Positions 12,019 to 23,230 of a stretch of DNA of 64,000 nt are shown piece after piece. The DNA is from Gammaproteobacteria bacterium UBA6940 (GTDB taxonomy: Bacteria > Pseudomonadota > Gammaproteobacteria > Pseudomonadales > UBA6940). The notes under the pieces are model-generated. The model did no database searches, was not told the origin of the DNA, and saw only the letters and a program-made list of their open reading frames with translations. The stretch spans positions 23,613 through 87,612 of the forward strand of contig DJZY01000058.1 of assembly GCA_002450655.1 (NCBI GenBank), written 5' to 3'. The translations under genes and the position numbers were made by a program. The first letter of the stretch is position 1; the number at the start of each line of letters is the position of its first letter.

Positions 12019-12489
12019 TTAGAGCTGAGCTGAAAGCTGATCAAGAAGTTGAGCGTGTGCATTTTTATCGATGCGAGCACGAAGAATTTGTTCTGCGCCA
12101 AGTACGGCAAGTTCAGCAACATCCTTACGTAGCTGCTCTTTTGCAGAAAGAGTTTGACGCTGAATTTCTTCCGCTGCCTTTTGTTTCTCTTTCTCTGCTG
12201 CTGCTTGCGCATCAGATCTTGCTTGTTCAACTACTTGGTTTGCTCTGCGATTAGCTTGCTCAACTAGCTCTGCAGCTTGCTGCTTAGCTTCATTTAATAG
12301 CTTTTGGGCTTCTGTTTGCGCTTGATCCAAAGAAACTTTTGCCTGCTCTGCATTTTGCAAACCAGCAGCAATTGTTTGCTCACGCTCTTCAATCGCAGCC
12401 CTAATGACTGGCCATACGAACTTCATTGTGAACCATACGAAGATGGCGAACGAAATAGCTTGACCAATTATTGTTGCATTAATATCCAT
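12019..12489 (-). CDS. atpF: ATP synthase Fo b subunit
   Basis: [27 protein letters not shown]. Confidence 0.98.
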   Translation of the reverse strand: MDINATIIGQAISFAIFVWFTMKFVWPVIRAAIEEREQTIAAGLQNAEQAKVSLDQAQTEAQKLLNEAKQQAAELVEQANRRANQVVEQARSDAQAAAEKEKQKAAEEIQRQTLSAKEQLRKDVAELAVLGAEQILRARIDKNAHAQLLDQLSAQL

Positions 12490-12575
12490 AGAAATTTCCT
12501 AGCTGGACACATGACTTTAAATCGGAACTTAAAGCCTTACCTATATATCTTTAGACAAGGCTTCAAATGCTTAAA

Positions 12576-12815
12576 TTATGCACCTGCTGCAACTACGAAG
12601 ATGAGGTACATTGCAAGACCAACACTGATCATTGGAACAGCGTCAAGTAGACCTGCGATGATGAAGAACTTACCTTGAAGCATTGGAGCCATTTCTGGTT
12701 GACGAGCTGTGCTATCTAGAAGCTTACCGCCAAGCATTGCGAAACCAAAAGCTGTACTAATTGCTGCTAAACCAATCATCACTGCTGCCGCGATTATAAT
12801 AATTGCTGCTACCAT
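12576..12815 (-). CDS. atpE: ATP synthase Fo c subunit (H+-type, Asp carboxylate)
   Basis: ARQPEM loop, GLLDAVPMI. Confidence 0.98.
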   Translation of the reverse strand: MVAAIIIIAAAVMIGLAAISTAFGFAMLGGKLLDSTARQPEMAPMLQGKFFIIAGLLDAVPMISVGLAMYLIFVVAAGA

Positions 12816-13012
12816 TATCTTTCACCTTTTCAAAATTAAACCAAATCAGCCTAAAAGTTTACCTAAGACCAAGCCAGTATTTCGTTATTTTGTTGTGACG
12901 AAATACTTTTTTGGCTTTAGATTCTTGAGAACTTTTATCAAGTTCAAATATTTTTCGTGCACCTCTAAACTTTTTATATTGAAGGTTAGAGGCTTAACCA
13001 GTTTTTTTAAAA

Positions 13013-13849
<837 letters not shown>

Positions 13850-14049
13850 TTACCTATTCACGTCGTTAATCATTACTCAAGCAAACAGACCTAAAAGAAT
13901 TTCTTCTTCCAAGTCTCCGTAAAAAATCTTATTTGCTTCCAACGCTAAGTCGAAAGAGCAAAAGACTTTTTCAACTTAGGATTTTGGAGATCCCCATGAA
14001 GGGCCCTCAATAACTTTAAGCTTTAAAGAATACACCATAAAACCTAAAA

Positions 14050-14460
14050 TTAATTTCTATCGCTTTCCTTTTTTTTGGTTTTGGATGATAAAACACCTAA
14101 ATACCAATACGGAAGAGCATATGCCGCAAAAAATACGAGCGCGGTCTTAAAAAACTGCTTTGGGTATTTTAAATAGTAATCATGAGGCATAAGAGTAAAG
14201 AGCATAATTAATGCAATGGTAAGTAGCAAATACTTAAGTGCTACACCTCTAAACACGCCTTTGAGCCATTGTCCTGTTAAAGCAACTCTATTTGGTCTCG
14301 CCCAAGCATATAGTTGAATCCACTGTAGAACAACAGCCAGAGCTATTGCAGCAATATATTCAAAATGCTTATTAATTGCAAAGATTAAGACGAGTGTAAG
14401 ACAAACACTTGCCTGTGCTTTAATGAACTGTCGTACAGTACGAAGTTTTTCAATATGCAT
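14050..14460 (-). CDS. atpI: AtpI-like membrane protein
   Basis: Hydrophobic protein with about four TM segments directly upstream of atpB; start moved to ATG 14460 (GGAG upstream); sequence divergent, call rests largely on position. Confidence 0.65.
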   Translation of the reverse strand: MHIEKLRTVRQFIKAQASVCLTLVLIFAINKHFEYIAAIALAVVLQWIQLYAWARPNRVALTGQWLKGVFRGVALKYLLLTIALIMLFTLMPHDYYLKYPKQFFKTALVFFAAYALPYWYLGVLSSKTKKKESDRN

Positions 14461-14618
14461 AGCAATTATGTGGACTCCGCCTGAACCAAAATACGCCAAA
14501 CTCCGGCGCATTATATGGTTTCGGGCGCAATATTTCAAGCCCAAAATATTTATAGCGTATCAATAATGGCTCTATTAGGGGATTTGAGAAAGGAATTAAA
14601 TTATATGAGACTTAAAGT

Positions 14619-14670
14619 CAGCGGTATGTGAATGGCGTGAAGCTATACTAGTACGCCATTCTTACCGCTG
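14619..14670 (-). terminator. Long hairpin downstream of parB
   Basis: CAGCGGTA..GAATGGCGT / ACGCCATTC..TACCGCTG inverted repeat. Confidence 0.55.
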
Positions 14671-14722
14671 TGAAGTAAAATCTGTGTAAATTTTACCTAG
14701 TGTTGTGCCGTAGGCTGGGCAC

Positions 14723-15673
14723 CTACTTAATATGAGAAAGAATACCTTCAAGCTCATCCACAGATGTATATTTGATCACGAGCTTGCCTTTGCCATTCGA
14801 ACTATGGTGAATTTTTACATTAGCACCAACTCTTTGAGCAAGGGAGTCTTGAAGAACTCGAATATCTGGATTCATTGCTTCTTTCGCAGCCTTTTGAGCT
14901 TCTGGCTTACCTTGGTTTTCCATAAATTTCTTCACGAATACCTCAGTAGTACGAACAGACATTGCTTCATCAATAATCTGCTTCGCCAACTGAACCTGTA
15001 GCTCTGGTTCAAGCGGTAGAAGACATTTTGCGTGGCCAATTTCAAGATCACCAACATCAAGCATCTGTTTAACAGATTCATGTAGATGAAGCAGACGCAG
15101 CAAATTCGTAATAGAAGCTCTTGAACGACCAACAGCATCAGCGATTTGTTGGTGAGTTAAATCAAACTCAGTTTTCAAGCGCTGAAGACCAATAGCCTGC
15201 TCCATTGCGGACAAATCTTCACGCTGAATATTCTCAATAATCGCTAGCGCTAGAGCTGCCTCATCAGAAACTTGACGAATAACACAAGGTACTTGCTCTA
15301 AGCCTGCTAACTGAGAAGCTCTCCAGCGTCTTTCACCAGCAATAATCTCGTATTTAGATTCACCTGGCTCACCAACTGGCCTAACAACCAGTGGCTGCAT
15401 AACACCTTGGGTTCTAATCGAGTTAGAAAGATCTTCAAGTGCTTCTGGCGCAATTGATCTTCTTGGTTGATAAGCACCTGGTTGTAAAAACTCAATAGGT
15501 AGCTTGCGATATTCGCTGTCCATCACACGTGTTGATTGATCTACTTCAGCATTCTCTGGTGCATCAGAAGATTCTTGAGCCATATTTACTTTTGGCTTAA
15601 TAATATCTTCAACACTTGCACCGCCGCCCATAAGCGCGCTAATCCCTCTTCCTAAGCCTCTTTTACGACTCAC
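14723..15673 (-). CDS. parB: Chromosome partitioning protein ParB
   Basis: KRGLGRG, QPRR, IIAGERRWRA, IENIQREDL. Confidence 0.98.
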   Translation of the reverse strand: MSRKRGLGRGISALMGGGASVEDIIKPKVNMAQESSDAPENAEVDQSTRVMDSEYRKLPIEFLQPGAYQPRRSIAPEALEDLSNSIRTQGVMQPLVVRPVGEPGESKYEIIAGERRWRASQLAGLEQVPCVIRQVSDEAALALAIIENIQREDLSAMEQAIGLQRLKTEFDLTHQQIADAVGRSRASITNLLRLLHLHESVKQMLDVGDLEIGHAKCLLPLEPELQVQLAKQIIDEAMSVRTTEVFVKKFMENQGKPEAQKAAKEAMNPDIRVLQDSLAQRVGANVKIHHSSNGKGKLVIKYTSVDELEGILSHIK

Positions 15674-15675
15674 GA

Positions 15676-16479
15676 TTATACCTCCATGGCATGCTGAGAT
15701 TCTTTAGCCTGAGCTGCTTTTTCTGCTGCACGCATCACTTCACCAGCTAGACCTAAATACGCAAGTGCACCTCTGGAGCGCTTATCATATAGAAGCACCG
15801 GCAAGCCGTGACTTGGTGCTTCAGCCAAGCGAACGTTGCGTGGAATAATTGTTCGAAGCACTTTATTACCGAAATGCTCAATCAAATAACGAGAAACATC
15901 ATTGCTTAAGCTATTACGTGGATCAAACATTGTACGCACAAGACCTTCGATCTCAAGTCTTGGGTTTAGATGCTCTGCTATTTGCTCTACAGTGTTCATA
16001 AGAGATGCAAGACCTTCAAGTGCATAGTATTCACACTGCATAGGTACAAGCACAGAATCAGAAGCAACCAATGCATTTAACGTCAGTGAGTTAAGTGCTG
16101 GTGGACAATCGATAAGAACATAATCGTATTTGCTTTGAAGAGGCTTTAAAATTTCTTGCAAGCGATATTCACGCTGGCTTGCTTTCATCAATTCAACTTC
16201 AGCAGCTGTTAGATCAGCATTTGAGCCAAGAATATCAAAACCATGATCTGTGGACACAATTGCTTCTTCAGCTGTAGCTTCTAAAAGCATTACATCTAAC
16301 AATGAAAGCTCAAGATCATTTTTATTTACACCGCAACCCATTGTTGCGTTACCCTGCGGGTCAAGATCTATAAGAAGAACTCGACGATCTGTAGCGCCCA
16401 TAGAGGCAGCTAAGTTAACACTTGTGGTTGTTTTTCCAACGCCACCTTTCTGGTTGGCAATCGCGATTACCTTTGCCAC
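15676..16479 (-). CDS. parA: Chromosome partitioning ATPase ParA/Soj
   Basis: NQKGGVGKTT, DLDPQGNAT, LAEAPSHG; start moved to GTG 16479 behind AAGGAGG. Confidence 0.97.
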   Translation of the reverse strand: MAKVIAIANQKGGVGKTTTSVNLAASMGATDRRVLLIDLDPQGNATMGCGVNKNDLELSLLDVMLLEATAEEAIVSTDHGFDILGSNADLTAAEVELMKASQREYRLQEILKPLQSKYDYVLIDCPPALNSLTLNALVASDSVLVPMQCEYYALEGLASLMNTVEQIAEHLNPRLEIEGLVRTMFDPRNSLSNDVSRYLIEHFGNKVLRTIIPRNVRLAEAPSHGLPVLLYDKRSRGALAYLGLAGEVMRAAEKAAQAKESQHAMEV

Positions 16480-16624
16480 AACAACCTCCTTGATTTCCAT
16501 TTTTATATACGGTTTTTGAAGGGACTTAATCACCTATTACCGTAATACTACTTCATATAACGTAAAAAAACAGATTCTCATCTGTTTTTTCTTGTTCTTA
16601 CTGCGTCATGAGGTAGCTTTTACA

Positions 16625-17329
16625 CTACTCTTCTTCAGCATTTCCTTCAAACTCTGTTGCAAGCAGATAACGCGTTGCTTCAAGAAATGGCACTTTTACT
16701 TCATGCACGCTAAAAGGTGCAAAACCAGACATCTCTTCTTTAATTTCATCTGCGGCATTTAAGCCTTTCATGAGAAGAACACGATCATTTGGCTGCAGGA
16801 AGTGACGAATCAACTCTACGATTTCAGCAGTTGATGCCAATGCACGAGCTGTGACCATTAAAGGTCTCTTTGGCTCACCTAAATCTAATTCTTCGATACG
16901 ACCCTGCACAACAGTTACGTTAGATAAACGTGCATCACGTACAACATGTCTTAAAAAACGTGCCTTTTTACCATTACTATCAACTAAAGTCCAATGTAAT
17001 GAAGGGTTTAGGATCGCCATGGGGATACCTGGAACGCCTGCTCCAGACCCAATATCAAGACACTGACCACCGTTTCCACCAAAAACAGATTGCTCGCCAG
17101 TTGTTTCTTTAAGATGAGATTCAACAAATGGCTGGATGGCAAATGAATCCAGCAAATGATGCACAACCATGTCGTCGTAATTACGAATAGCTGTTAAGTT
17201 GAAGGTTTTGTTCCACTGCGCCAGTAGATTTAAATACTGATGCAGCTGTGCAATTTGTTGTTCACTAATGTCTAAACCTAGCTCTTCGATACCTCGAGCT
17301 AGGATTTTTTTTGAAGTTTCTGGAATCAT
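16625..17329 (-). CDS. rsmG: 16S rRNA m7G527 methyltransferase
   Basis: [25 protein letters not shown]; follows mnmG. Confidence 0.97.
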   Translation of the reverse strand: MIPETSKKILARGIEELGLDISEQQIAQLHQYLNLLAQWNKTFNLTAIRNYDDMVVHHLLDSFAIQPFVESHLKETTGEQSVFGGNGGQCLDIGSGAGVPGIPMAILNPSLHWTLVDSNGKKARFLRHVVRDARLSNVTVVQGRIEELDLGEPKRPLMVTARALASTAEIVELIRHFLQPNDRVLLMKGLNAADEIKEEMSGFAPFSVHEVKVPFLEATRYLLATEFEGNAEEE

Positions 17330-19206
17330 ACCACCTGAACCGTTCTTTTCAGTGCAATTGCAAGCAAGCTTACGGCAGCTGGCGTCACACCAGGAATACG
17401 TGAAGCTTGCCCAAGGCTTGATGGACGATGTTCATTCAACTTTTGAATTACTTCATTTGATAATCCAGAGATACCTTCAAATTTGAATGAATCTGGAATT
17501 ACAGTCGTCTCGGAACGTGACATTCGATCGACTTCAAGTTTCTGACGCTGAATATAGCCATCATATTTACATTCAATTTCGATTTGTTGAAGCACAACAT
17601 CATCAAATTGAGAAAGTTCTTTTTCTTCGACTGCAGCAAGCGTTGTACGATCAACTTCCGGTCTTTTCAGAATATCGTACATGCTGTATTCACGAGCAAG
17701 GGCTTGTCCACTTGCCTCTTCTAAACGAGCCGCTTCTGGCATTGAAGGACGAATCCACGTTGCTTTTAAGCGTGCACGCTCTGCTTCGATTGCATTCATC
17801 TTATCTTCGTAAGCCTTCCAACGCTCATCATCAACAAGGCCCATTTCACGACCAATTGGCGTTAAACGTTGATCAGCATTATCTTCACGAAGCATTAAAC
17901 GATACTCGGCACGGCTTGTGAACATACGATATGGTTCATTAGTGCCAAGGGTATTCAAGTCATCAACAAGCACACCAAGATAAGCTTGATCTCGTGTTGG
18001 AACCCAAAGGGTTTGCCCTGCAACATAACGCGCAGCGTTAAGACCAGCTAAAAGACCTTGAGCTGCGGCTTCTTCATAACCAGTTGTACCGTTAATTTGA
18101 CCAGCGAAGAACAGACCATCAATGCAACGTGTTGCTAATGATGGATGCAAATCACGCGGATCAAAATAATCATACTCGATCGCATAACCAGGACGAGTAA
18201 TTACAGCATTCTCGAAGCCGACAATAGAGCGAACAATTTGCAGCTGAGTATCGAAAGGTAGGCTTGTGGAAATACCGTTCGGATAAAGCTCCAAGTGATC
18301 TAAACTCTCAGGCTCAACAAAGACCTGATGATGATCACGGTCAGCAAAACGAGTCACTTTATCTTCAATCGATGGGCAATATCTTGGACCTACACCTTCG
18401 ATAACACCGGTAAACATTGGCGAGCGATCAAGTGAGCCACGGATAATATCGTGAGTACGCTCATTTGTATGAGTGATATAGCAAGACACTTGCTCAGGAT
18501 GCATATCTGCAGAACCAAGGAATGACATAACAGGTAAAGGCGTATCACCTGGCTGTGCAATCATCTTGGAAAAATCTACAGAATTAGAATCAATACGTGG
18601 TGGCGTACCTGTTTTAAGACGGCCAACACGTGGATGTAATGCTCTTAGACGAACTGCCAAAGGGTTCGATGGCTGATCACCTGCACGGCCGCCAGCATAG
18701 TTATTCAAACCAATATGAATACGACCACCAAGGAATGTACCTGCAGTTAATACAACAGCGTCTGCGCTGAAGTTTAACCCCATAGAAGTCACAACACCTT
18801 TAACCTGACCATTCTCAACAATCAAATCATCAACAGATTGCTGGAACAAAGTAAGGTTTGGCTGTCTTTCAAGCTTTTTGCGGATCGCTGATTTATAAAG
18901 CACACGGTCTGCTTGAGCTCGTGTCGCTCGTACCGCAGGGCCTTTACGACTGTTAAGAACACGGAATTGAATCCCCGCCTCATCAGTTGCAAGTGCCATC
19001 GCACCACCCAGAGCATCTACTTCACGAACCAAATGGCTCTTACCAATACCACCAATCGATGGGTTACAGGACATTTGTCCCAATGTTTCAATGTTGTGCG
19101 TTACAAGTAGTGTTTTTGCACCAGTACGGGCGGAAGCTAAAGCTGCTTCTGTACCTGCGTGTCCACCACCAACAACAATGACTTTAAAATGCTCTGGATA
19201 CTGCAT
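17326..19206 (-). CDS. mnmG: tRNA uridine-5-carboxymethylaminomethyl modification enzyme MnmG (GidA)
   Basis: [46 protein letters not shown]. Confidence 0.99.
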   Translation of the reverse strand: MQYPEHFKVIVVGGGHAGTEAALASARTGAKTLLVTHNIETLGQMSCNPSIGGIGKSHLVREVDALGGAMALATDEAGIQFRVLNSRKGPAVRATRAQADRVLYKSAIRKKLERQPNLTLFQQSVDDLIVENGQVKGVVTSMGLNFSADAVVLTAGTFLGGRIHIGLNNYAGGRAGDQPSNPLAVRLRALHPRVGRLKTGTPPRIDSNSVDFSKMIAQPGDTPLPVMSFLGSADMHPEQVSCYITHTNERTHDIIRGSLDRSPMFTGVIEGVGPRYCPSIEDKVTRFADRDHHQVFVEPESLDHLELYPNGISTSLPFDTQLQIVRSIVGFENAVITRPGYAIEYDYFDPRDLHPSLATRCIDGLFFAGQINGTTGYEEAAAQGLLAGLNAARYVAGQTLWVPTRDQAYLGVLVDDLNTLGTNEPYRMFTSRAEYRLMLREDNADQRLTPIGREMGLVDDERWKAYEDKMNAIEAERARLKATWIRPSMPEAARLEEASGQALAREYSMYDILKRPEVDRTTLAAVEEKELSQFDDVVLQQIEIECKYDGYIQRQKLEVDRMSRSETTVIPDSFKFEGISGLSNEVIQKLNEHRPSSLGQASRIPGVTPAAVSLLAIALKRTVQVV

Positions 19207-19232
19207 ACCTTCTGCCTTATCTATGTCTAACG

Positions 19233-21365
19233 TTATCGACGTTTAACCTTGTCTTCACCGAACTGTTCAATGACACCTTGCGCTAAACGCTCGATCTCGT
19301 CATTGATTTCAGCACCACTGAATACGTCCTTTCCTGCAAGGACTGGGTCTAGCATCAACGAGAAGGTGACAGCACGAACAGGCTCTTCACCACCTTCTAC
19401 TGCTGGAATGAATAGATCAGCTATTTCAACACTATCCAACCATGGTGATGATTGAGTCATCCAGTCAGCAATATACCCTGCCTCCTGCTGCTGATAAAGA
19501 CCAAAACACAAATCACGCTTCACAGGAAGGATTGTACTTGGTGCTTTATAAGGGCGAGTTTGTGGTTCAAGCTTCAACAAGCCTTGCTCAATTTCAAAGA
19601 AATATGGTCTTACAGACTTTAAGCCGAATGGTTTCATCAACTTAGGATGAACTTCACCAATCACACCACAGACTTTCCAACCATCAGCAAGCTGAACTTC
19701 AACGAGCGCTCTTCTCTTTGGATGCAATACATCGAAATAAGCATGGGTTTGCTCAGTTGCTTCAGGTGTAATACGAAGCTCAAGACCAAGCTTAACCCCC
19801 ATACGCTCGATAATGCCTTTTAAGAAGAACACATCAAAATCACGGCCAGGATTCTGCCAGTTGCGCTCAACAGCTTGACCAACTGCAAGCCCCCAAATCA
19901 CTTCTAGCTCATGACAAAGACCATTTGGTGCCGTTTGATCAGGCACAAAACGCTTATTACGCTCAAAAACTTGAATTTCTTGGCTTTTCACTCTGAAGTT
20001 TGCAGAAATAGCATCAAGAGCCTGTACGATGTTGTTGTTTTTCAACAATGAATAAGCTTTTGTTTCAGAGTTATTAATACGAACATGCTGTGCAAGTGGA
20101 TGAGCTTCATCTTGAATACCAAGTCTTGCAACATCTTGATCACTGTAGAAGCTGTCGGTGAAGATTTCATAGAAACCTTCAGCCACAAGAATATCTTCCA
20201 CTTGATTTAAACGAGTTTCAAAAGCACTTGCTCTTGCACCAGAGGCAGAAGCAGGCATTTTTGATGGAAGCGCGTTGTAACCAACAGCTCGAGCTACTTC
20301 TTCATAAAGGTCTGTTGCGTTTTTAAGATCCCACTGACGATGAGATGGAATTTCAACTCGAAGCACATTACCTTCAACAACCACAGACTCACTGCCCATA
20401 CGCTCATAGATAGGTTTGATATCGTCAACTGAGAATGTTGTGGAGAAGTAATGGTTAAGCTGTTCAAGGTCAACATCAACAATTGCAGGCTTTTCAATAT
20501 GTGCCTTGCAAATGCTCAAACCACCTTGCACTTGCCAACCAGCTTCACAAAGTAGTTCGTGAGCACGGTAAACACCTTTAACCGCCATAGCTGGATCAGC
20601 ACCACGCTCAAAACGAGCTGATGCCAAGCTTTGAACACCAAGTGCTCTTGCTGCTTTTCTAACCTTAACTGGGTCGAAAGTACCACTTTCAAGATAAAGA
20701 TGCGTACTTTCTTCTGTTGGCTTAGAGGTTTCACAACCCATAACACCTGCAACAGCAAGAATTTTAACGTCATCAGCAATGACAAGAGTGCCTTCAGTTA
20801 ATGTTGTTAGCTTTTCTTCACCTAGAAGTTGAGCAGCTTCGCCCTCTTTGGAATCACGAACCTGAACACGACCAACAATCTTGTCAGCATCAAATACGTG
20901 CATTGGCTGACCTTGCTCAACATTCACAAAGTTTGTCACATCAACTGCTGGAGATACTTGGTTAGCGCCAGCAAGGTCGATCATTTCAAGCTTATCTGCT
21001 GAAAGTGCAACTTCTGCTAGTTCACGCTTGTATTCTGTCAGCGTATAGCCAATGCAATATTCACTCGTCACATCAGCAAGAGGCTTATCTTGACTGATTG
21101 GCAGATCACGTGTTGCAGGCGTGCTTAAAGGCCAGCCTGTACGCTGGTGAATTTCACGTGCAAGACCTTTATAGCAATGATGATCACCACGGTTTGCTAA
21201 TAGCTCAAGCGTAAAAATAATATTGTTTGCTTCTTCATCACGATCAACACGCTTTACCTCAAGACCAATGTCTTCAAGAAGGTCATGCAATGCATCCCAG
21301 TCTGCTGGAAGGCTTAGATTTGTTGGTGTGATGTACTGAAGTAAGGCGTTTAAACTGACTTTCAT
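19233..21365 (-). CDS. pheT: Phenylalanine-tRNA ligase beta subunit, divergent, apparently lacking the B2 OB-fold
   Basis: [31 protein letters not shown] (B3/4), [20 protein letters not shown] (B5), GEVHP, RDLCF (B8); follows pheS. Confidence 0.92.
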   Translation of the reverse strand: MKVSLNALLQYITPTNLSLPADWDALHDLLEDIGLEVKRVDRDEEANNIIFTLELLANRGDHHCYKGLAREIHQRTGWPLSTPATRDLPISQDKPLADVTSEYCIGYTLTEYKRELAEVALSADKLEMIDLAGANQVSPAVDVTNFVNVEQGQPMHVFDADKIVGRVQVRDSKEGEAAQLLGEEKLTTLTEGTLVIADDVKILAVAGVMGCETSKPTEESTHLYLESGTFDPVKVRKAARALGVQSLASARFERGADPAMAVKGVYRAHELLCEAGWQVQGGLSICKAHIEKPAIVDVDLEQLNHYFSTTFSVDDIKPIYERMGSESVVVEGNVLRVEIPSHRQWDLKNATDLYEEVARAVGYNALPSKMPASASGARASAFETRLNQVEDILVAEGFYEIFTDSFYSDQDVARLGIQDEAHPLAQHVRINNSETKAYSLLKNNNIVQALDAISANFRVKSQEIQVFERNKRFVPDQTAPNGLCHELEVIWGLAVGQAVERNWQNPGRDFDVFFLKGIIERMGVKLGLELRITPEATEQTHAYFDVLHPKRRALVEVQLADGWKVCGVIGEVHPKLMKPFGLKSVRPYFFEIEQGLLKLEPQTRPYKAPSTILPVKRDLCFGLYQQQEAGYIADWMTQSSPWLDSVEIADLFIPAVEGGEEPVRAVTFSLMLDPVLAGKDVFSGAEINDEIERLAQGVIEQFGEDKVKRR

Positions 21366-21494
21366 TCTCTTTACCTTTTCGGAAAAGTCATCTGTATTTG
21401 AGTTGGTGAGCTTTCAAGCCCACTCTTATCGCTACATTTACTTTTCTGACTCTCTATAAATCCTAAATATTCATTTGCTTTGGGTGCTTGTGAA

Positions 21495-22559
21495 TTAAGC
21501 ATTGCCTAGCACGCTTAAACGCTGATGCACTCTCAAATCGCTTTCATAAAGGCTTCTCATGGACTCAACGCCATAAGCCATTGCAACGATACGAGACACA
21601 CCTAAGCCAAAAGCAAAACCTTTTGTTGTTTTAGGATCGAATCCAGTATTTTCAAAGACATGCTCATGCACCATGCCCGCCCCCAAAATCGTCAACCACT
21701 TGCCAGCGCCTTGTCCATCTTGATCTTTCAAACGAATATCAATACCAATGGATGGCTCTGTGTATGGGTAGAACTTAGGTTTAAAGCGAAGCTCCCATGC
21801 ATCGCCAAAGATCTCTCTTACAGTGAACTCAAGTACAGCTTTCAGTTCAGAGAATGTCACATCATGATCAACCCAAAGGCCTTCAAATTGGTGGAAGCAT
21901 GCAAGGTGAGTCGCATCAACTGTTTCATTACGATACACACGACCAGGCGCAACAATCTTTAATGGCAGATCACGGCCTTCAGCTTTTGCAGCTTCTAAAG
22001 CACGAATTTGCACTGTGGATGTATGTGAACGAAGTAAGAAGTTATCTTGCAGCCAGAATGTATCTTGCATATCACGAGCAGGATGATGCTCAGGAATATT
22101 TAATGCATCAAAGTTATGGAAAGGTGTTTCAACTTCAGGGCCTTCTACAACTTCAAAACCAAGTTGCTGAAGCACTTTAATGCAGTTTCTTTCAATAATT
22201 GTCAGCGGATGAAGCGCACCTTGAGTATCCATTGTGCTTGGCATTGTCCAGTCAATCCACTCAGATTCGACTTGCTTCTCGATTGCTTGAGTTGCAATGC
22301 GCACTTCAGCTTGATCAAGAGCAGCTTCAACAGATGATTTCATCTCATTCAGATGCTGTGCTACTGCTTTACGCTGCTCACCAGGTACTTTTTTAACAAG
22401 ATCAAATGCTTTCTTGACCCAACCTTTACGACCCAAAGTGGATACACGCAGCGCTTCAAGCGCTTTTAAATCTTCTGTTTGTTCAAGCGTTTGCGTGAAT
22501 GCAGATTGCTGCTCTGCTACTTCTTTCATCGCATCACTGTTTAAATCTAATTCGTTCAT
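21495..22559 (-). CDS. pheS: Phenylalanine-tRNA ligase alpha subunit, divergent
   Basis: NFDALNIPEHHPARDMQDTF, LLRSHTS, PGRVYR, FHQFEG, TEPS, GFAFGLG. Confidence 0.95.
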   Translation of the reverse strand: MNELDLNSDAMKEVAEQQSAFTQTLEQTEDLKALEALRVSTLGRKGWVKKAFDLVKKVPGEQRKAVAQHLNEMKSSVEAALDQAEVRIATQAIEKQVESEWIDWTMPSTMDTQGALHPLTIIERNCIKVLQQLGFEVVEGPEVETPFHNFDALNIPEHHPARDMQDTFWLQDNFLLRSHTSTVQIRALEAAKAEGRDLPLKIVAPGRVYRNETVDATHLACFHQFEGLWVDHDVTFSELKAVLEFTVREIFGDAWELRFKPKFYPYTEPSIGIDIRLKDQDGQGAGKWLTILGAGMVHEHVFENTGFDPKTTKGFAFGLGVSRIVAMAYGVESMRSLYESDLRVHQRLSVLGNA

Positions 22560-22618
22560 AACAAAGCCTTTTTATAAACACCTTTGGGGTGCTGATTATA
22601 CGCAAGCTCTAAATAAAT

Positions 22619-23197
22619 TTATAGAGCCCGCAATTTATAAAGCCCATAGTAAAGCCCACCAGCTTTCTGCTCTTTCAGCATCTCAAGGGAATCCGGTAAT
22701 GACTGCTCCAATGGTCTTTCAATATACAGAAGTCCATCAGCTTTTAAACAGCCTTTTTCTTGGATAAGTGAAATTAATCGTGGGAGATACTGCTTTTGGA
22801 AAGGAGGATCGAGGAAAATAACGTCGAAGGACTCACCAGACCAGTTACTCAGCCACTGGAGTGCATCTGCTTTTAAAACCTTATAATGCTTATCAAGGTT
22901 CCATTCAACTGTTCGCTTTTGCAGCACTTGGAATACTTTTGAGTTCTGCTCAATAGCAACAACTAACCCTGCACCTCTGGAGTAGGCTTCGATACCAAGC
23001 CCACCAGAACCAGCAAACAAATCCAAGCAATGAGCTCCAGCAGAATAACGCTGAAGCCAATTGAAAAGCGTTTCTCTTACTCTATCTGGAGTTGGTCGTA
23101 ACCCTAAAGCACTTGGTACTTCAAGTTTACGACCTCTTAAAGTACCACCAATGATTCGAACAGCCACAGTATTGCTCTCTTCTCTGTGCCGAGGCAC
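22619..23197 (-). CDS. rsmD: 16S rRNA m2G966 methyltransferase
   Basis: RIIGG, LRPTPDRVRETLFNWL, LDLFAGSG, DPPF. Confidence 0.97.
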   Translation of the reverse strand: MPRHREESNTVAVRIIGGTLRGRKLEVPSALGLRPTPDRVRETLFNWLQRYSAGAHCLDLFAGSGGLGIEAYSRGAGLVVAIEQNSKVFQVLQKRTVEWNLDKHYKVLKADALQWLSNWSGESFDVIFLDPPFQKQYLPRLISLIQEKGCLKADGLLYIERPLEQSLPDSLEMLKEQKAGGLYYGLYKLRAL

Positions 23198-23230
23198 ATT
23201 ACTTATGAGATTTAAGCAAGTGTCTTCGGC

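Noticed and set aside
19207-19232. oriC upstream of mnmG (E. coli/Vibrio arrangement)
   Set aside because: Only 26 bp separate pheT and mnmG; no DnaA-box cluster or AT-rich unwinding element
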